Source: Escherichia phage phiP4
Strand: one strand, 5' to 3'
Length of the DNA: 64,000 nucleotides
Sequence record: PP993145.1
The translations under genes were made by a program, and so were the position numbers. Below the pieces are notes generated by a model. The model saw only the letters and a list, made by a program, of their open reading frames with translations. It did no database searches and was not told the DNA's origin. Below are positions 36,365-45,094 of the stretch, one piece after another (the stretch's first letter is position 1; every line of letters begins with the position of its first letter).

Positions 36365-36966
36365 TAATTACCTCTCTTATCTTCATTAATAGCAGCTCCC
36401 AACGCTTCAAGGATAGCATCACTCATACTCCCAGGCTTAAGATTATTAAAGTGAGTAACATAAATGGGACTTCTAAAACCCTTAGCATCCGCAGGTGCTA
36501 CGCTTCGCATATCAGATTCAAAAGCTTCTTGAGTGTGTTTCAACTGTACAGAAGGGCCGTAATCTTCCCCAAACTTATATGACTGCGTACTACTTACCAC
36601 ACTCCCACAAGGAACATTGTGCAAATCCGGTGATTTATTTAGCATTGAGATTGTCCCTGACTGCCACGGATCTCTAATAGTCACTGGAGTACTAGGGCGG
36701 TTCACCTCAGTCTTCACAAGTTTATATCCTGCATCGATTAATACGTTAATTAGATTATCAGCTGGGATGCGAGCCTTACCAAAAATCTTACGAGCATCTT
36801 CGAGCTTATCCTCAAGATCTTTACACGCTCTAAGGTCAGTGTGTGCAAATGTTAGCTTCATGGATTTGAATTGTACAGTAGCAGTTAGATCTTTAAAGCT
36901 ATAATCCCATGTGTTCAGTTCATGGTCTGGTACTACTTGAATAGATTGTTGTACATTAAAAGTCAT
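36364..36966 (-). CDS. Hypothetical early protein (200 aa)
   Basis: ORF coupled to its neighbours. Confidence 0.7.
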   Translation of the reverse strand: MTFNVQQSIQVVPDHELNTWDYSFKDLTATVQFKSMKLTFAHTDLRACKDLEDKLEDARKIFGKARIPADNLINVLIDAGYKLVKTEVNRPSTPVTIRDPWQSGTISMLNKSPDLHNVPCGSVVSSTQSYKFGEDYGPSVQLKHTQEAFESDMRSVAPADAKGFRSPIYVTHFNNLKPGSMSDAILEALGAAINEDKRGN

Positions 36967-37151
36967 TATTTATTCTCCAGTTTGTCTAATAGCTTATGAG
37001 CTGCTAGATTATATTGTTTGAGTTCACGATTAAGGATTTGATTCTCACACTTTAGCTCTAGATTCTTATTATTAAGAATATTGCAGATTAGTAGAAGTGC
37101 TAATATTAGTAACAGAGAACCTACGAGCATTAAAAGAAAAAGAGTTTCCAT
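36966..37151 (-). CDS. Small membrane-anchored coiled-coil protein (61 aa)
   Basis: N-terminal TM segment LFLLMLVGSLLLILALLLICNIL followed by coiled coil. Coupled starts and stops. Confidence 0.55.
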   Translation of the reverse strand: METLFLLMLVGSLLLILALLLICNILNNKNLELKCENQILNRELKQYNLAAHKLLDKLENK

Positions 37152-37591
37152 TATTTTATCTCCATTCTTAACTTTGAAAACTTATTATACCAAACTATAT
37201 GATTATCGTCAATTACAAATTTATGATAACATGCTGGTACGGTATAAGTTCCATAATCTGTGACACGCTGCACAACCTTGTGTGCACACAGTCGACAACC
37301 ATGCCCTTCTAAATGAGATCTAGCAGTTTGCCAGTAATAACCATCATGATCTGGACAATAGATCTCGACTTGCTGTTGCATTGTTTTGTAATTTACACGC
37401 TCATATCCAAAGAAAGCTCCATGAACTGCAACAGCTTTCTTGATAAATATAAGGTTTAGTGCTTCTTGTTGAAAGTCGGGATGTAGCTGCTTAATCTTAG
37501 TTCTATTAATAGATCCATCCGATTTGATGAACCTATTTATTGGAAAGTTGTTAGCTTCCTCGATTAGTAATTCATTTACTTTTTCTCTCAT
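37151..37591 (-). CDS. Hypothetical protein with Cys/His cluster (146 aa from ATG 37591; ORF track start 37693)
   Basis: CPDHDGYYWQTARSHLEGHGCRLC is a zinc-ribbon-like motif. The TAATATG junction with the upstream ORF argues for the shorter start. Confidence 0.5.
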   Translation of the reverse strand: MREKVNELLIEEANNFPINRFIKSDGSINRTKIKQLHPDFQQEALNLIFIKKAVAVHGAFFGYERVNYKTMQQQVEIYCPDHDGYYWQTARSHLEGHGCRLCAHKVVQRVTDYGTYTVPACYHKFVIDDNHIVWYNKFSKLRMEIK

Positions 37592-37592
37592 A

Positions 37593-37796
37593 TTATATAC
37601 TCTCACAGCTAAGGTAAAAACATTCGTAAGCATCACCAGTAAACTCTTTATCTTGTAGTATACATTTAGCCTGGTCTTCTGGTACTCCGGCATCTAATAA
37701 TTGTTGTTTACTTGGCTTTTCAGCGAATACTTTTACAAAATATTCACCATCCTGATTATACTCATTTATATCTCTAGTAAGGACATATAATTGCAT
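37593..37796 (-). CDS. Hypothetical protein (67 aa from SD-preceded ATG 37796)
   Basis: AAGGAACTTCAGATG context. The longer ORF-track start would lie inside the terminator T-run. Confidence 0.5.
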   Translation of the reverse strand: MQLYVLTRDINEYNQDGEYFVKVFAEKPSKQQLLDAGVPEDQAKCILQDKEFTGDAYECFYLSCESI

Positions 37797-37810
37797 CTGA
37801 AGTTCCTTGA

Positions 37811-37844
37811 AACACAAAAGGCCAGAACAATTAAGTCCTGGCCT
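37811..37844 (-). terminator. Rho-independent terminator
   Basis: Minus-strand GGCCAG...CTGGCC stem followed by TTTTGTGTTT. Confidence 0.6.
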
Positions 37845-37850
37845 CTAGAA

Positions 37851-38222
37851 TTAATGAAGTTGTTTACCACTTCTTAAAATAGTGGCCGTTTCCATAAGAT
37901 TTAACGTTGTATCACGCTTTTTGATTTGTTTGTCGAGTTCATCGGTACGTTTGCCAATGTAAGCGTTAATAGCCATATTCATAGCGGAGGCGAGATCTTC
38001 TTTGGTTATCTCTTCGTCATCTAAGGCTAATTTAGCCAAAGAATCGAAAGTACTAGAAAGTCCTATAAGATCAGAAGCTTCCCCAGCCAAAATAGGGTTA
38101 ACATTATCTATTGTTACTTCTAGCATAGAGTTAACAATATCTTCTCCGTCTACTAGACCAGATTCAATATTACTCTCCCATTCCTTCATCTGCTCCAGCA
38201 ATGGATTTTTCTTTTCTGTCAT
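37851..38222 (-). CDS. Hypothetical acidic protein (123 aa)
   Basis: ORF only; no motif recognised. Confidence 0.6.
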   Translation of the reverse strand: MTEKKNPLLEQMKEWESNIESGLVDGEDIVNSMLEVTIDNVNPILAGEASDLIGLSSTFDSLAKLALDDEEITKEDLASAMNMAINAYIGKRTDELDKQIKKRDTTLNLMETATILRSGKQLH

Positions 38223-38631
38223 GGTAGAGGTTTCCTGTGTCAGTTGGTAAGAAGGACGATTGAGCTTTAGGCGGATGTTGTTTAGTAATCCAGTTAAGAA
38301 TCAGTACACGACTAGGAACAATATCAGTGTTGCACCAAAAATCATGAACCCATTGACGAGCATCCTCAAACTTACCAAATTTATATGCTTTCTTAAATAA
38401 TTCAAACCCAAAACAATCTGGTGTAAAGTCTACTTCACGATATTGAATTACTTTAGAACCAGTTAGGTCTTGGATCGCTGCATTAATTTCTGTATGCGAG
38501 AATTTTGTTTCGTGAAACTTATTAAAGAATCGGTAGTTGAAGCGTCCGTTCGTTTCGACAAACAACTGGATGAAGAGATCGTTAAATTGGTTATCAAACC
38601 AGTAATTCTGTAGTTGTTGTAGTGCTGTCAT
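38170..38631 (-). CDS. Hypothetical protein (153 aa)
   Basis: ORF that overlaps the downstream gene start by 53 nt. Confidence 0.6.
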   Translation of the reverse strand: MTALQQLQNYWFDNQFNDLFIQLFVETNGRFNYRFFNKFHETKFSHTEINAAIQDLTGSKVIQYREVDFTPDCFGFELFKKAYKFGKFEDARQWVHDFWCNTDIVPSRVLILNWITKQHPPKAQSSFLPTDTGNLYHDRKEKSIAGADEGMGE

Positions 38632-38828
38632 TTACGAACTCCGTTAATTGCCACGATGATGCCTTCGTACATAAAAGGAAGTAGCCCAGAAGTATAGAAG
38701 ATATTTTCCGTTATTCCTAGATGTCGAAAAAGTATATTAAATAACGCTGTTAGAAATACAATCTGAGGCAGTAATACAAAATATTCAGTTACAATCTTTG
38801 GTGCCTGATAAACAAGACGTTTTATCAT
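38628..38828 (-). CDS. Small membrane protein (66 aa)
   Basis: Strong SD (AAGGAGACTTAAAAACAATG) and two hydrophobic segments. Confidence 0.6.
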   Translation of the reverse strand: MIKRLVYQAPKIVTEYFVLLPQIVFLTALFNILFRHLGITENIFYTSGLLPFMYEGIIVAINGVRK

Positions 38829-38931
38829 TGTTTTTAAGTCTCCTTATTACTTTGGCCTGCTCCACAATAATAAAAACTGCAAGCACTAATAGTGCTATTA
38901 GCCCAGCAGTAACTGGTACTAAATCAATCAT
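38785..38931 (-). CDS. Small membrane protein (48 aa), not in ORF track
   Basis: Hand-translated as MIDLVPVTAGLIALLVLAVFIIVEQAKVIRRLKNNDKTSCLSGTKDCN, with an ATGA overlap with the upstream gene stop. Confidence 0.4.
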   Translation of the reverse strand: MIDLVPVTAGLIALLVLAVFIIVEQAKVIRRLKNNDKTSCLSGTKDCN

Positions 38932-39254
38932 GGGAGACGCCACACGTAATTAGCTGTCTGTAGGATCTTAGTGGTATCATCATGGTACATTACTACAGAC
39001 TTTGGTGAATAGCTATCAGCTAGTTCTTTACGAATCATTTCACACTCTTCACCAGTATCAATATTTTTAACTATCACTTTCATATTAAGTGGTGTTAATA
39101 CAGAAAGTGGTTTCCAAGAGTCCTCAATTTCAATCCCTACCTTTTTCTCGATTAACATGAGGACTTCTAATGTATCGTCCGGAATACTAATATTATTATT
39201 CACAAACTGTAATATCTCATGTAAGGTATTTAATTCATTAAAATTAAGCTTCAT
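38928..39254 (-). CDS. Hypothetical protein (108 aa)
   Basis: ORF only; no motif recognised. Confidence 0.6.
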   Translation of the reverse strand: MKLNFNELNTLHEILQFVNNNISIPDDTLEVLMLIEKKVGIEIEDSWKPLSVLTPLNMKVIVKNIDTGEECEMIRKELADSYSPKSVVMYHDDTTKILQTANYVWRLP

Positions 39255-39489
39255 CTTTAAGAATATCCTCTACCATATCACAAGACTGTTGCAATTCATC
39301 CGCAATTCGTTTAATATCGGTTTTTGTTACTTTACCAACTAACATCACCAGTAACATAGAAAAGATAATAAGTGGAACTGGAATAACAAATAAAGCTACC
39401 TTAACAACATTCTTTGGTGCCCATGTGTGGTACTTAGTAACCAGTACACCAACCACAATTAGATAAAACGCTAGAATAAACATCATCAT
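39244..39489 (-). CDS. Small two-TM membrane protein (81 aa)
   Basis: Hydrophobic segments MFILAFYLIVVGVLV and VALFVIPVPLIIFSMLLVMLVG. Confidence 0.6.
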   Translation of the reverse strand: MMMFILAFYLIVVGVLVTKYHTWAPKNVVKVALFVIPVPLIIFSMLLVMLVGKVTKTDIKRIADELQQSCDMVEDILKDEA

Positions 39490-39767
39490 TTTTTAATCTC
39501 CGTAATTATCTGTGCACGCATTACTTTATTAGGTAATTTTGTATTCCCAGCTATTGCTTCAATATTGTTTAGTTTTTCTTTTAGAATATCTGAGCGTCTT
39601 TGCGCTAGTTCAATATCTTGTTCTTGTTCTATTAAGCGACAGTGGAGTCCACTATTAGTAATAAGCATACTCTCCATGTTTTTTCGTATGCTTACAATAC
39701 CAATAACCCCACCAATCGCTGCTAGTGTCATAAGCACTAGCAATCCAATGAGAATTTCAATTAACAT
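39486..39767 (-). CDS. Membrane-anchored coiled-coil protein (93 aa)
   Basis: N-terminal TM segment LIEILIGLLVLMTLAAIGGVIGIV. Confidence 0.6.
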   Translation of the reverse strand: MLIEILIGLLVLMTLAAIGGVIGIVSIRKNMESMLITNSGLHCRLIEQEQDIELAQRRSDILKEKLNNIEAIAGNTKLPNKVMRAQIITEIKK

Positions 39768-39931
39768 TAAATACCCCTACATTTTTCGTTATCCGGGACT
39801 AATTTACACATTTCTACATTTAACTCATGGAGAGATTTGTCTACCTCAGTTAAGTGTACGTTAAGAGCAACTATATTATATATTAGTGTTCCTATAAGGA
39901 ATGACAGTATTGAAATTGATACCCTTTCCAT
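39767..39931 (-). CDS. Small membrane protein (54 aa), not in ORF track
   Basis: Hand-translated as MERVSISILSFLIGTLIYNIVALNVHLTEVDKSLHELNVEMCKLVPDNEKCRGI, with TAATG overlaps at both ends. Confidence 0.45.
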   Translation of the reverse strand: MERVSISILSFLIGTLIYNIVALNVHLTEVDKSLHELNVEMCKLVPDNEKCRGI

Positions 39932-40182
39932 TATTTCTTACCTTTCAGTTGCTTAACTTCACGCTCAAAAGATGCTGCACGACGTTCGGCAGTTGCCTGA
40001 TGTTCTTTCGCAAAACGTGCTTCCTGTTTTGCTAGGTTGAACGCCATAGCATTCTTATTCAGGGAATCATACATCTTTTTCATTGCCGGGATAGACATCT
40101 TCATGAGCTGGCCTTCAAAACCCTGCATGTCGAGGAGAATTGCCAGAACGTTAGCCATTTCATTTTTAGTCATGTTTTCCAT
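39931..40182 (-). CDS. Hypothetical protein (83 aa from SD-preceded ATG 40182; ORF track start 40200)
   Basis: GAGAGAGGAAATTCTAATG context. First gene after the promoter at 40215. Confidence 0.55.
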   Translation of the reverse strand: MENMTKNEMANVLAILLDMQGFEGQLMKMSIPAMKKMYDSLNKNAMAFNLAKQEARFAKEHQATAERRAASFEREVKQLKGKK

Positions 40183-40214
40183 TAGAATTTCCTCTCTCAT
40201 TAACTTATGAACTT

Positions 40215-40243
40215 ATTATACAGAATTTTAAGGCTTAAAGCAA
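40215..40243 (-). promoter_or_regulatory. T5 early-type promoter (-35 TTGCTT, 17 bp, -10 TATAAT)
   Basis: The plus strand reads attata-N17-aagcaa, with an A/T tract beyond the -35. Confidence 0.65.
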
Positions 40244-40260
40244 CTGAATTTTTTAATTAC

Positions 40261-40689
40261 TTACCAATCGTTAACGAAACCTGAGAACTCAGAAGCCAAT
40301 ACTTGCTCAAATTTTTCTGCAATTTCAGGATGATTTTTGCAAATCAGTTCAATGCACGCTTCTGGCGTCATCCCATCATCTTCAGGATTACCATAGTATT
40401 TATCCCAAAGATCATCAGGAATGATGCGTTCAGCGAGGTCTTGGAAATAAACTGCCTGATACCGTGGAGCCTCTTCAGCAAAAAGTTCTTCGATCTCTTC
40501 GTCTGCCTCACCTCTGTAATCTGCCATTAATAGGGCATCAGTTGCGTAACATTCCCAGACCATCAAGCGTTCAGAGATAGGGTTAGACTTATCCTGAACG
40601 TAGGACTGGAACAAGGTTCGGAAAGTTGCCTTAACTTGTTCAAACTTATCTGCTGCTGCGAAAACTAGAGCTTTATCAACTTTGTTCAT
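40261..40689 (-). CDS. Hypothetical acidic protein (142 aa)
   Basis: ORF preceded by promoter 40720..40748. Confidence 0.65.
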   Translation of the reverse strand: MNKVDKALVFAAADKFEQVKATFRTLFQSYVQDKSNPISERLMVWECYATDALLMADYRGEADEEIEELFAEEAPRYQAVYFQDLAERIIPDDLWDKYYGNPEDDGMTPEACIELICKNHPEIAEKFEQVLASEFSGFVNDW

Positions 40690-40719
40690 TTTGATTCCTT
40701 CTAATCAATTTATAAAGTA

Positions 40720-40748
40720 ATTATACAGAAACTTAAGCATTTTAGCAA
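40720..40748 (-). promoter_or_regulatory. T5 early-type promoter (-35 TTGCTA, 17 bp, -10 TATAAT)
   Basis: The plus strand reads attata-N17-tagcaa. Confidence 0.6.
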
Positions 40749-40864
40749 ATAAAACTTTTAATTAAAATGCCTAATCCCGTGCCAATAGCAATACAAATGA
40801 TTATAAGTATTGCTATCGCTTGTATGACTCGTTTAATAATAGCCTCAGCTATATACTTAGACAT
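40742..40864 (-). CDS. Possible small membrane protein (40 aa), not in ORF track
   Basis: Hand-translated as MSKYIAEAIIKRVIQAIAILIIICIAIGTGLGILIKSFIC. It overlaps the upstream gene end by 8 nt. Confidence 0.3.
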   Translation of the reverse strand: MSKYIAEAIIKRVIQAIAILIIICIAIGTGLGILIKSFIC

Positions 40865-41378
40865 TTAACATCCAGCTAGTTTTATCATGTGAGGTATACT
40901 TACCACTCATGATGTCTTCCAGACGTACTGGTGATTTTGCATATTCGACACAAACGTTAATATAACGAGGATCCCCCATTAGCTCAAAGTGAGTATGCCC
41001 ATGTAAATTCTTCTTACCTCTCAGCTCCCCATGGTGTATTGGAGCATGGGAAAGCCAGAAGTTTTTATACTTAACTAGTGATTGTACGTTATCTACAACC
41101 CCTATTAAGTCTTTGAAAGATAATCCTTCTCGTTCTAAGTCGTGGTTTCCCAAAACTAACGTAGTTCTAACATTGCCAAAGAGTTTTTCGAACTTTTCCA
41201 AACCATTTCTAGATACAAATGCGTCTCCTAAAATATAGAATACTGTACGCTTATCTTTCACGGATGTAATAGTATCCATAATAAATTCGTCATGCTCTTC
41301 CATAGTAGAGAAGATTGGTCTGAATTTAGTAATATTTGCATGCCCCAAGTGGAGATCACTCCAAAAACAAACTTTCAT
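40857..41378 (-). CDS. Metallophosphoesterase (173 aa)
   Basis: Calcineurin-like motifs SDLHLGH, ILGDAF, LGNHD and HGHTH. Confidence 0.7.
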   Translation of the reverse strand: MKVCFWSDLHLGHANITKFRPIFSTMEEHDEFIMDTITSVKDKRTVFYILGDAFVSRNGLEKFEKLFGNVRTTLVLGNHDLEREGLSFKDLIGVVDNVQSLVKYKNFWLSHAPIHHGELRGKKNLHGHTHFELMGDPRYINVCVEYAKSPVRLEDIMSGKYTSHDKTSWMLNV

Positions 41379-42241
41379 TAAAGAACCCTCTGTACACCAC
41401 AGCTATCTTCCCGGAGTGTAGTAAATGTGGTGATTTTGCCCGTTTCATCGTTAACTTGCGCAACCGTCAACTGCCCGTTGAAAACACCGCCAGTATCAAG
41501 ATAAACACGGTTTTTATAGAGAAGTGGATAAGGAACCCCAGTATGTCCGTGAAACACGAAATCTACCCCTTTAACTTCTGGTACTTCTACCGTGTATTTT
41601 TCTTTAAATCCTGCGTAACGCTGGAAATATGGGTGTTCTTCTCCATTTTTGGACAAGTGGAAGCCTATTTCTTGGATTACATCTCGATCCCATAAATATG
41701 GCTCAACATGGTATCCAGGATGGTCATGTGGGTCTTCCTTAGCTGCTTCTACTTGCGCAATAAGATTATCCCATACTGGGGTTTCTACCTCATTACCACA
41801 TTCTTTGTATGTAAAAGGTACACCACCGTGAACAACACCAAATTTCTTACCACGATGTCTAACAGTTAGGAATATTGGCATTTTTTCAGCCATATCTTCG
41901 GCAATATTTTTAATGGTGTCTGCATCCAGCTCATTCATAGCCCACATACCACCGTTATACATCCAATTAGCCCAATCTCCCACAATCATAAATTGATCAT
42001 GATTACCACGGACACTGATAAAACGTGGATTATACAGGAATTTGGCTAAAACTTGTAGGTTTTGTGTGCCTCGGTCTATTAAGTCTCCGACACATACTAC
42101 GCAATCTTTTTTGCTATTATACCCAGCTAATTTCAACGCATCTTCTAGCAAATCATTGCATCCATGAATATCACCAACGAAAAACAAGTTGGCCTCATCC
42201 GGCACTACTAGAGTTTTATGTACATTAAATTCTTTTTTCAT
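41378..42241 (-). CDS. Ser/Thr protein phosphatase, lambda-PP/ApaH-like (287 aa from ATG 42241; the ORF track start 42253 is a TTG)
   Basis: PPP-family motifs VGDIHGC, VGDLIDRG and RGNHD. Confidence 0.8.
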   Translation of the reverse strand: MKKEFNVHKTLVVPDEANLFFVGDIHGCNDLLEDALKLAGYNSKKDCVVCVGDLIDRGTQNLQVLAKFLYNPRFISVRGNHDQFMIVGDWANWMYNGGMWAMNELDADTIKNIAEDMAEKMPIFLTVRHRGKKFGVVHGGVPFTYKECGNEVETPVWDNLIAQVEAAKEDPHDHPGYHVEPYLWDRDVIQEIGFHLSKNGEEHPYFQRYAGFKEKYTVEVPEVKGVDFVFHGHTGVPYPLLYKNRVYLDTGGVFNGQLTVAQVNDETGKITTFTTLREDSCGVQRVL

Positions 42242-42517
42242 AATTATTCCCAAATAACAGTTAAAATAGTTGTGCCATAGTCATTAGATAGTTGGAGAGT
42301 ATAACCCTCTTTATAGAGGGCTTTTATAGCTTCATAACTAATTTCATCACGATTAAACTGCACAAAAGAACCCCCCAATCCCCACAGAAGAAACTATTCT
42401 CTTTTTAACATACTTATATGGTTTCTTTCTGCTATTAAGAAGTGCAGCTCTATTTATCCTGGCTAAACGTTTTGCTTGTTCCGCTAACATTTAATCCTCC
42501 AATCAATTTATATAACT

Positions 42518-42546
42518 ATTATACCAAAATTTTTAGCAAAAAGCAA
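42518..42546 (-). promoter_or_regulatory. T5 early-type promoter (-35 TTGCTT, 17 bp, -10 TATAAT)
   Basis: The plus strand reads attata-N17-aagcaa. Confidence 0.65.
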
Positions 42547-42547
42547 G

Positions 42548-42580
42548 TAAAATAAAAGCCTGATCAGCTAAGATCAGGCT
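42548..42580 (-). terminator. Rho-independent (bidirectional-looking) terminator
   Basis: AGCCTGATC-...-GATCAGGCT stem, followed on the minus strand by TTTTATTTT. Confidence 0.7.
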
Positions 42581-42587
42581 TTGTTTA

Positions 42588-42878
42588 TTAGTCCTCTGGA
42601 TTATCATCCAGGAAATTTTTAATAGCTTCGTGCATAGTTTCTTTACGAAGCTGACGTCCAATCAGAATATGATTAGCTTCTACTCGACCATTGGGTAAAC
42701 GATCCGCCAGAACTACTACAGGAACTTGGCGCACACCAAATTTCTGCATTAATTCTGTATTATCAGTCTCTTTATGGATTTCCAAATTATAGTCACTGAC
42801 TACTTTATCAAATACTGGCTCAAACATTTTGCAAGGGTTGCAAGTGGAACCTTTCAATAGATATACTAATTTACTCAT
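42588..42878 (-). CDS. Thioredoxin/glutaredoxin-like protein (96 aa)
   Basis: CNPC (CxxC) motif near the N-terminus, and thioredoxin-fold length. Confidence 0.65.
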   Translation of the reverse strand: MSKLVYLLKGSTCNPCKMFEPVFDKVVSDYNLEIHKETDNTELMQKFGVRQVPVVVLADRLPNGRVEANHILIGRQLRKETMHEAIKNFLDDNPED

Positions 42879-43302
42879 AGTTATTAATGGCCTCTAAGAA
42901 GTTTTTCATAGTTTTTACGGTTGCGGTGCTTAGATCAAGATTTACACCCAAACACTCGGTTAATGCTTCCTGATAAGGAGCCTTCAATCTGCCTTCTGGG
43001 ACTTCTACCTTTTTATACTCTTTATTTTTGACCTTTTTAATCATAGTCTCTAGTACAAGAAGCGGTAATTTAGCACCTTCAATATCAGTACCCAAAAGTT
43101 CAGTTAAAATTTTATTAAGATCAAGACGAGTTAACTTTTTGCCCTTAGACATAGATGCACCTACCTTTGTATCAATAGATTTTTCCGCTTTCTTTTCGAG
43201 CTTTTTGTACTCAGGAGAGTCATGATCACGGAGTGCAATGTTTAGCTCGTAATGTGGTATACGAAAATGTTCCGCCATTTGAGTATAGAAACGATCAGAC
43301 AT
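42871..43302 (-). CDS. Hypothetical protein (143 aa)
   Basis: ORF downstream of the promoter at 43336. Confidence 0.6.
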   Translation of the reverse strand: MSDRFYTQMAEHFRIPHYELNIALRDHDSPEYKKLEKKAEKSIDTKVGASMSKGKKLTRLDLNKILTELLGTDIEGAKLPLLVLETMIKKVKNKEYKKVEVPEGRLKAPYQEALTECLGVNLDLSTATVKTMKNFLEAINNYE

Positions 43303-43335
43303 AATATATACCTCTCTTAACTAATTTATGTATAT

Positions 43336-43364
43336 ATTATATAATAACTAGGGCTAAAAGTCAA
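43336..43364 (-). promoter_or_regulatory. T5 early-type promoter (-35 TTGACT, 17 bp, -10 TATAAT)
   Basis: The plus strand reads attata-N17-agtcaa. Confidence 0.6.
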
Positions 43365-43377
43365 CTACTTTTTTATC

Positions 43378-43794
43378 TTAATCTACTACATGTATAAATC
43401 TTTTCCTAACTAGATACATAGTTATTGGGTAAATTGAGTACATAAGTATCGGGGAGAAAAGGGTGAAATACGCTGTAACTCCCCCAGCTAACATCAAAGG
43501 TATTAATGCTAGAGTAAGGGCCATAAGAATCATGCCGAATGAAACAGCCAAAGCTATGGATATAGGATTCTCTAGTTCCATCCATAACCAACAATATTTC
43601 GTATCTCTATGGCAATTGCATTTACAAACGCCGAATGAACCCATAATTATATACTCTAGTCCGTGAATAACCTTTATTAATAAGCTATTTCGGGTAGTTA
43701 ATGCAAGGATAGTAAAGACTATCATTAAAACGAATACTACTAGACTTATTTTCCAGATACCTAGCAGCATCATAGTGAATAGTTCTGCAAACAT
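43378..43794 (-). CDS. Multi-pass membrane protein (138 aa)
   Basis: At least four hydrophobic segments. Confidence 0.6.
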   Translation of the reverse strand: MFAELFTMMLLGIWKISLVVFVLMIVFTILALTTRNSLLIKVIHGLEYIIMGSFGVCKCNCHRDTKYCWLWMELENPISIALAVSFGMILMALTLALIPLMLAGGVTAYFTLFSPILMYSIYPITMYLVRKRFIHVVD

Positions 43795-43835
43795 GGCTTT
43801 CTCCTATCTTTAAAAATTATTAAAGCCCCCTTTGC

Positions 43836-43860
43836 CTAAAAAGGCGGGAATATTCCCGCC
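43836..43860 (-). terminator. Rho-independent terminator after endolysin
   Basis: GGCGGGA-ATAT-TCCCGCC followed on the minus strand by TTTTTAGG. Confidence 0.7.
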
Positions 43861-43871
43861 TCAGTTATTAA

Positions 43872-44285
43872 TTAAACTAGTTCGACATGACCGCCATCAT
43901 AGGTACCACGTTTTATTTCATCGTGGTAATCTCCCGAAGCATTCCAATCAGCACCAAAACGAAGTTTAATGCCTAGTTCTTTACCAGCTTGTTCAAAAGC
44001 CTTTTTAACTGCCCAAAATGCTTCTAAATCATTCCAATCAATTTTGCCATTAATGTATGGAGCAAAATCAAGGGCATCCCCAGTAATATGCTTGCTTTTA
44101 CTAGGATCTTTTAAAAATGAAGTACCATTAGCAATATTCTGGGCACTTTGTGCTACTGTACGAATACCCTGTACGATTGTGAAATCATATGGAGATAATT
44201 CTAAAGCTCTACGAGCTACTTTTTGTAGCTCTGGCTTAACGGTAGCTAATTGTTTTTCGCTATTTTTACCAAATTTAAAACTCAT
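43872..44285 (-). CDS. lys: Endolysin, L-alanyl-D-glutamate peptidase (T5 Lys-like, 137 aa)
   Basis: 137 aa, and the sequence (MSFKFGKNSEKQLATVKPELQKVARRALE...HVELV) matches my recollection of EndoT5. Adjacent to the holin gene. Confidence 0.85.
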   Translation of the reverse strand: MSFKFGKNSEKQLATVKPELQKVARRALELSPYDFTIVQGIRTVAQSAQNIANGTSFLKDPSKSKHITGDALDFAPYINGKIDWNDLEAFWAVKKAFEQAGKELGIKLRFGADWNASGDYHDEIKRGTYDGGHVELV

Positions 44286-44938
44286 ATTGATCTACCTAAA
44301 GATCTCTGTTGTGGGGAACAGAGCTTTGTTAAATACTCGTTAAATTTCTCAGAATCGGCTGCATCTACAGGATTATCTTTCCAAGCAATACCAATATATC
44401 CAGCATAGATATTGTTTAGATTGAAATACGGACAAGTGTATATGTAATTAAAAGTAACGTTCTTAAACGCAGGTATATTTAACCCCATATATTTATTTAC
44501 TTTTACACTTAAATCCGATGCGTAGTTAAAGCCTTCCAAGTGACGTCTATATAGCTCAGACGTTTTATTTACCGCTTTATCGGCCAAGTCAGCCCTATCT
44601 AATTGCGCATTGCTTTCCCATGCAATAATGTTAGAATAATCATTAATGGCATCGGGTTTATACTTGACGACAAAAACAGCATCCGCACCCGTTTGAGAAA
44701 AGAGTACCATGCTCTTTTCTCTAGCTACATTAGGAAAGTTATCTATCCTTTGAGTTTGAACATCCTGTAGAACCGCAGACGTGGAGAAAGTCTTTAAGAA
44801 TGACATCACCTCGCTAGTATTACTAACAAATAAGAAAATAATGACAGCAACTAAGATAGTTAGCAGACGTTTAAGAAGCGATGCTGGATCTTTCGCTTCT
44901 TGGAGCAGTACCGTTAATAATTGTAAGAACTTTTCCAA
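44282..44938 (-). CDS. hol: Holin (T5-type, 218 aa)
   Basis: N-terminal TM segment (LLTILVAVIIFLFV). ATGA-coupled upstream of the endolysin. The 218 aa size matches the T5 holin as I recall it. Confidence 0.7.
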   Translation of the reverse strand: MEKFLQLLTVLLQEAKDPASLLKRLLTILVAVIIFLFVSNTSEVMSFLKTFSTSAVLQDVQTQRIDNFPNVAREKSMVLFSQTGADAVFVVKYKPDAINDYSNIIAWESNAQLDRADLADKAVNKTSELYRRHLEGFNYASDLSVKVNKYMGLNIPAFKNVTFNYIYTCPYFNLNNIYAGYIGIAWKDNPVDAADSEKFNEYLTKLCSPQQRSLGRSI

Positions 44939-44963
44939 TTGTAACCTCCTCTAACCAGTACCA

Positions 44964-44992
44964 TTATACTAATTTTGGAGGAAAATTACAAT
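44964..44992 (-). promoter_or_regulatory. Early-type promoter (-35 TTGTAA, 17 bp, -10 TATAAT)
   Basis: The plus strand reads attata-N17-ttacaa. Confidence 0.5.
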
Positions 44993-45051
44993 GTGTTTTT
45001 AAAGATCACTTCTGGAGCATAAAATTTTGTCGTTGTCAAGAAGAATTTTAG

Positions 45052-45084
45052 ATAAAAGAAAAGCCAGGGTCGTTAAACCCTGGC
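45052..45084 (-). terminator. Rho-independent terminator
   Basis: GCCAGGG...CCCTGGC stem followed on the minus strand by TTTTCTTTTATC. Confidence 0.7.
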
Positions 45085-45094
45085 TTAAAACTAC

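Noticed and set aside
36617-36630. A ninth copy of the GTGCAAATCCG iteron inside the 200-aa gene
   Set aside because: The match is truncated (GTGCAAATCCGGTG), it lies within coding sequence far from the array, and it is most likely coincidental.
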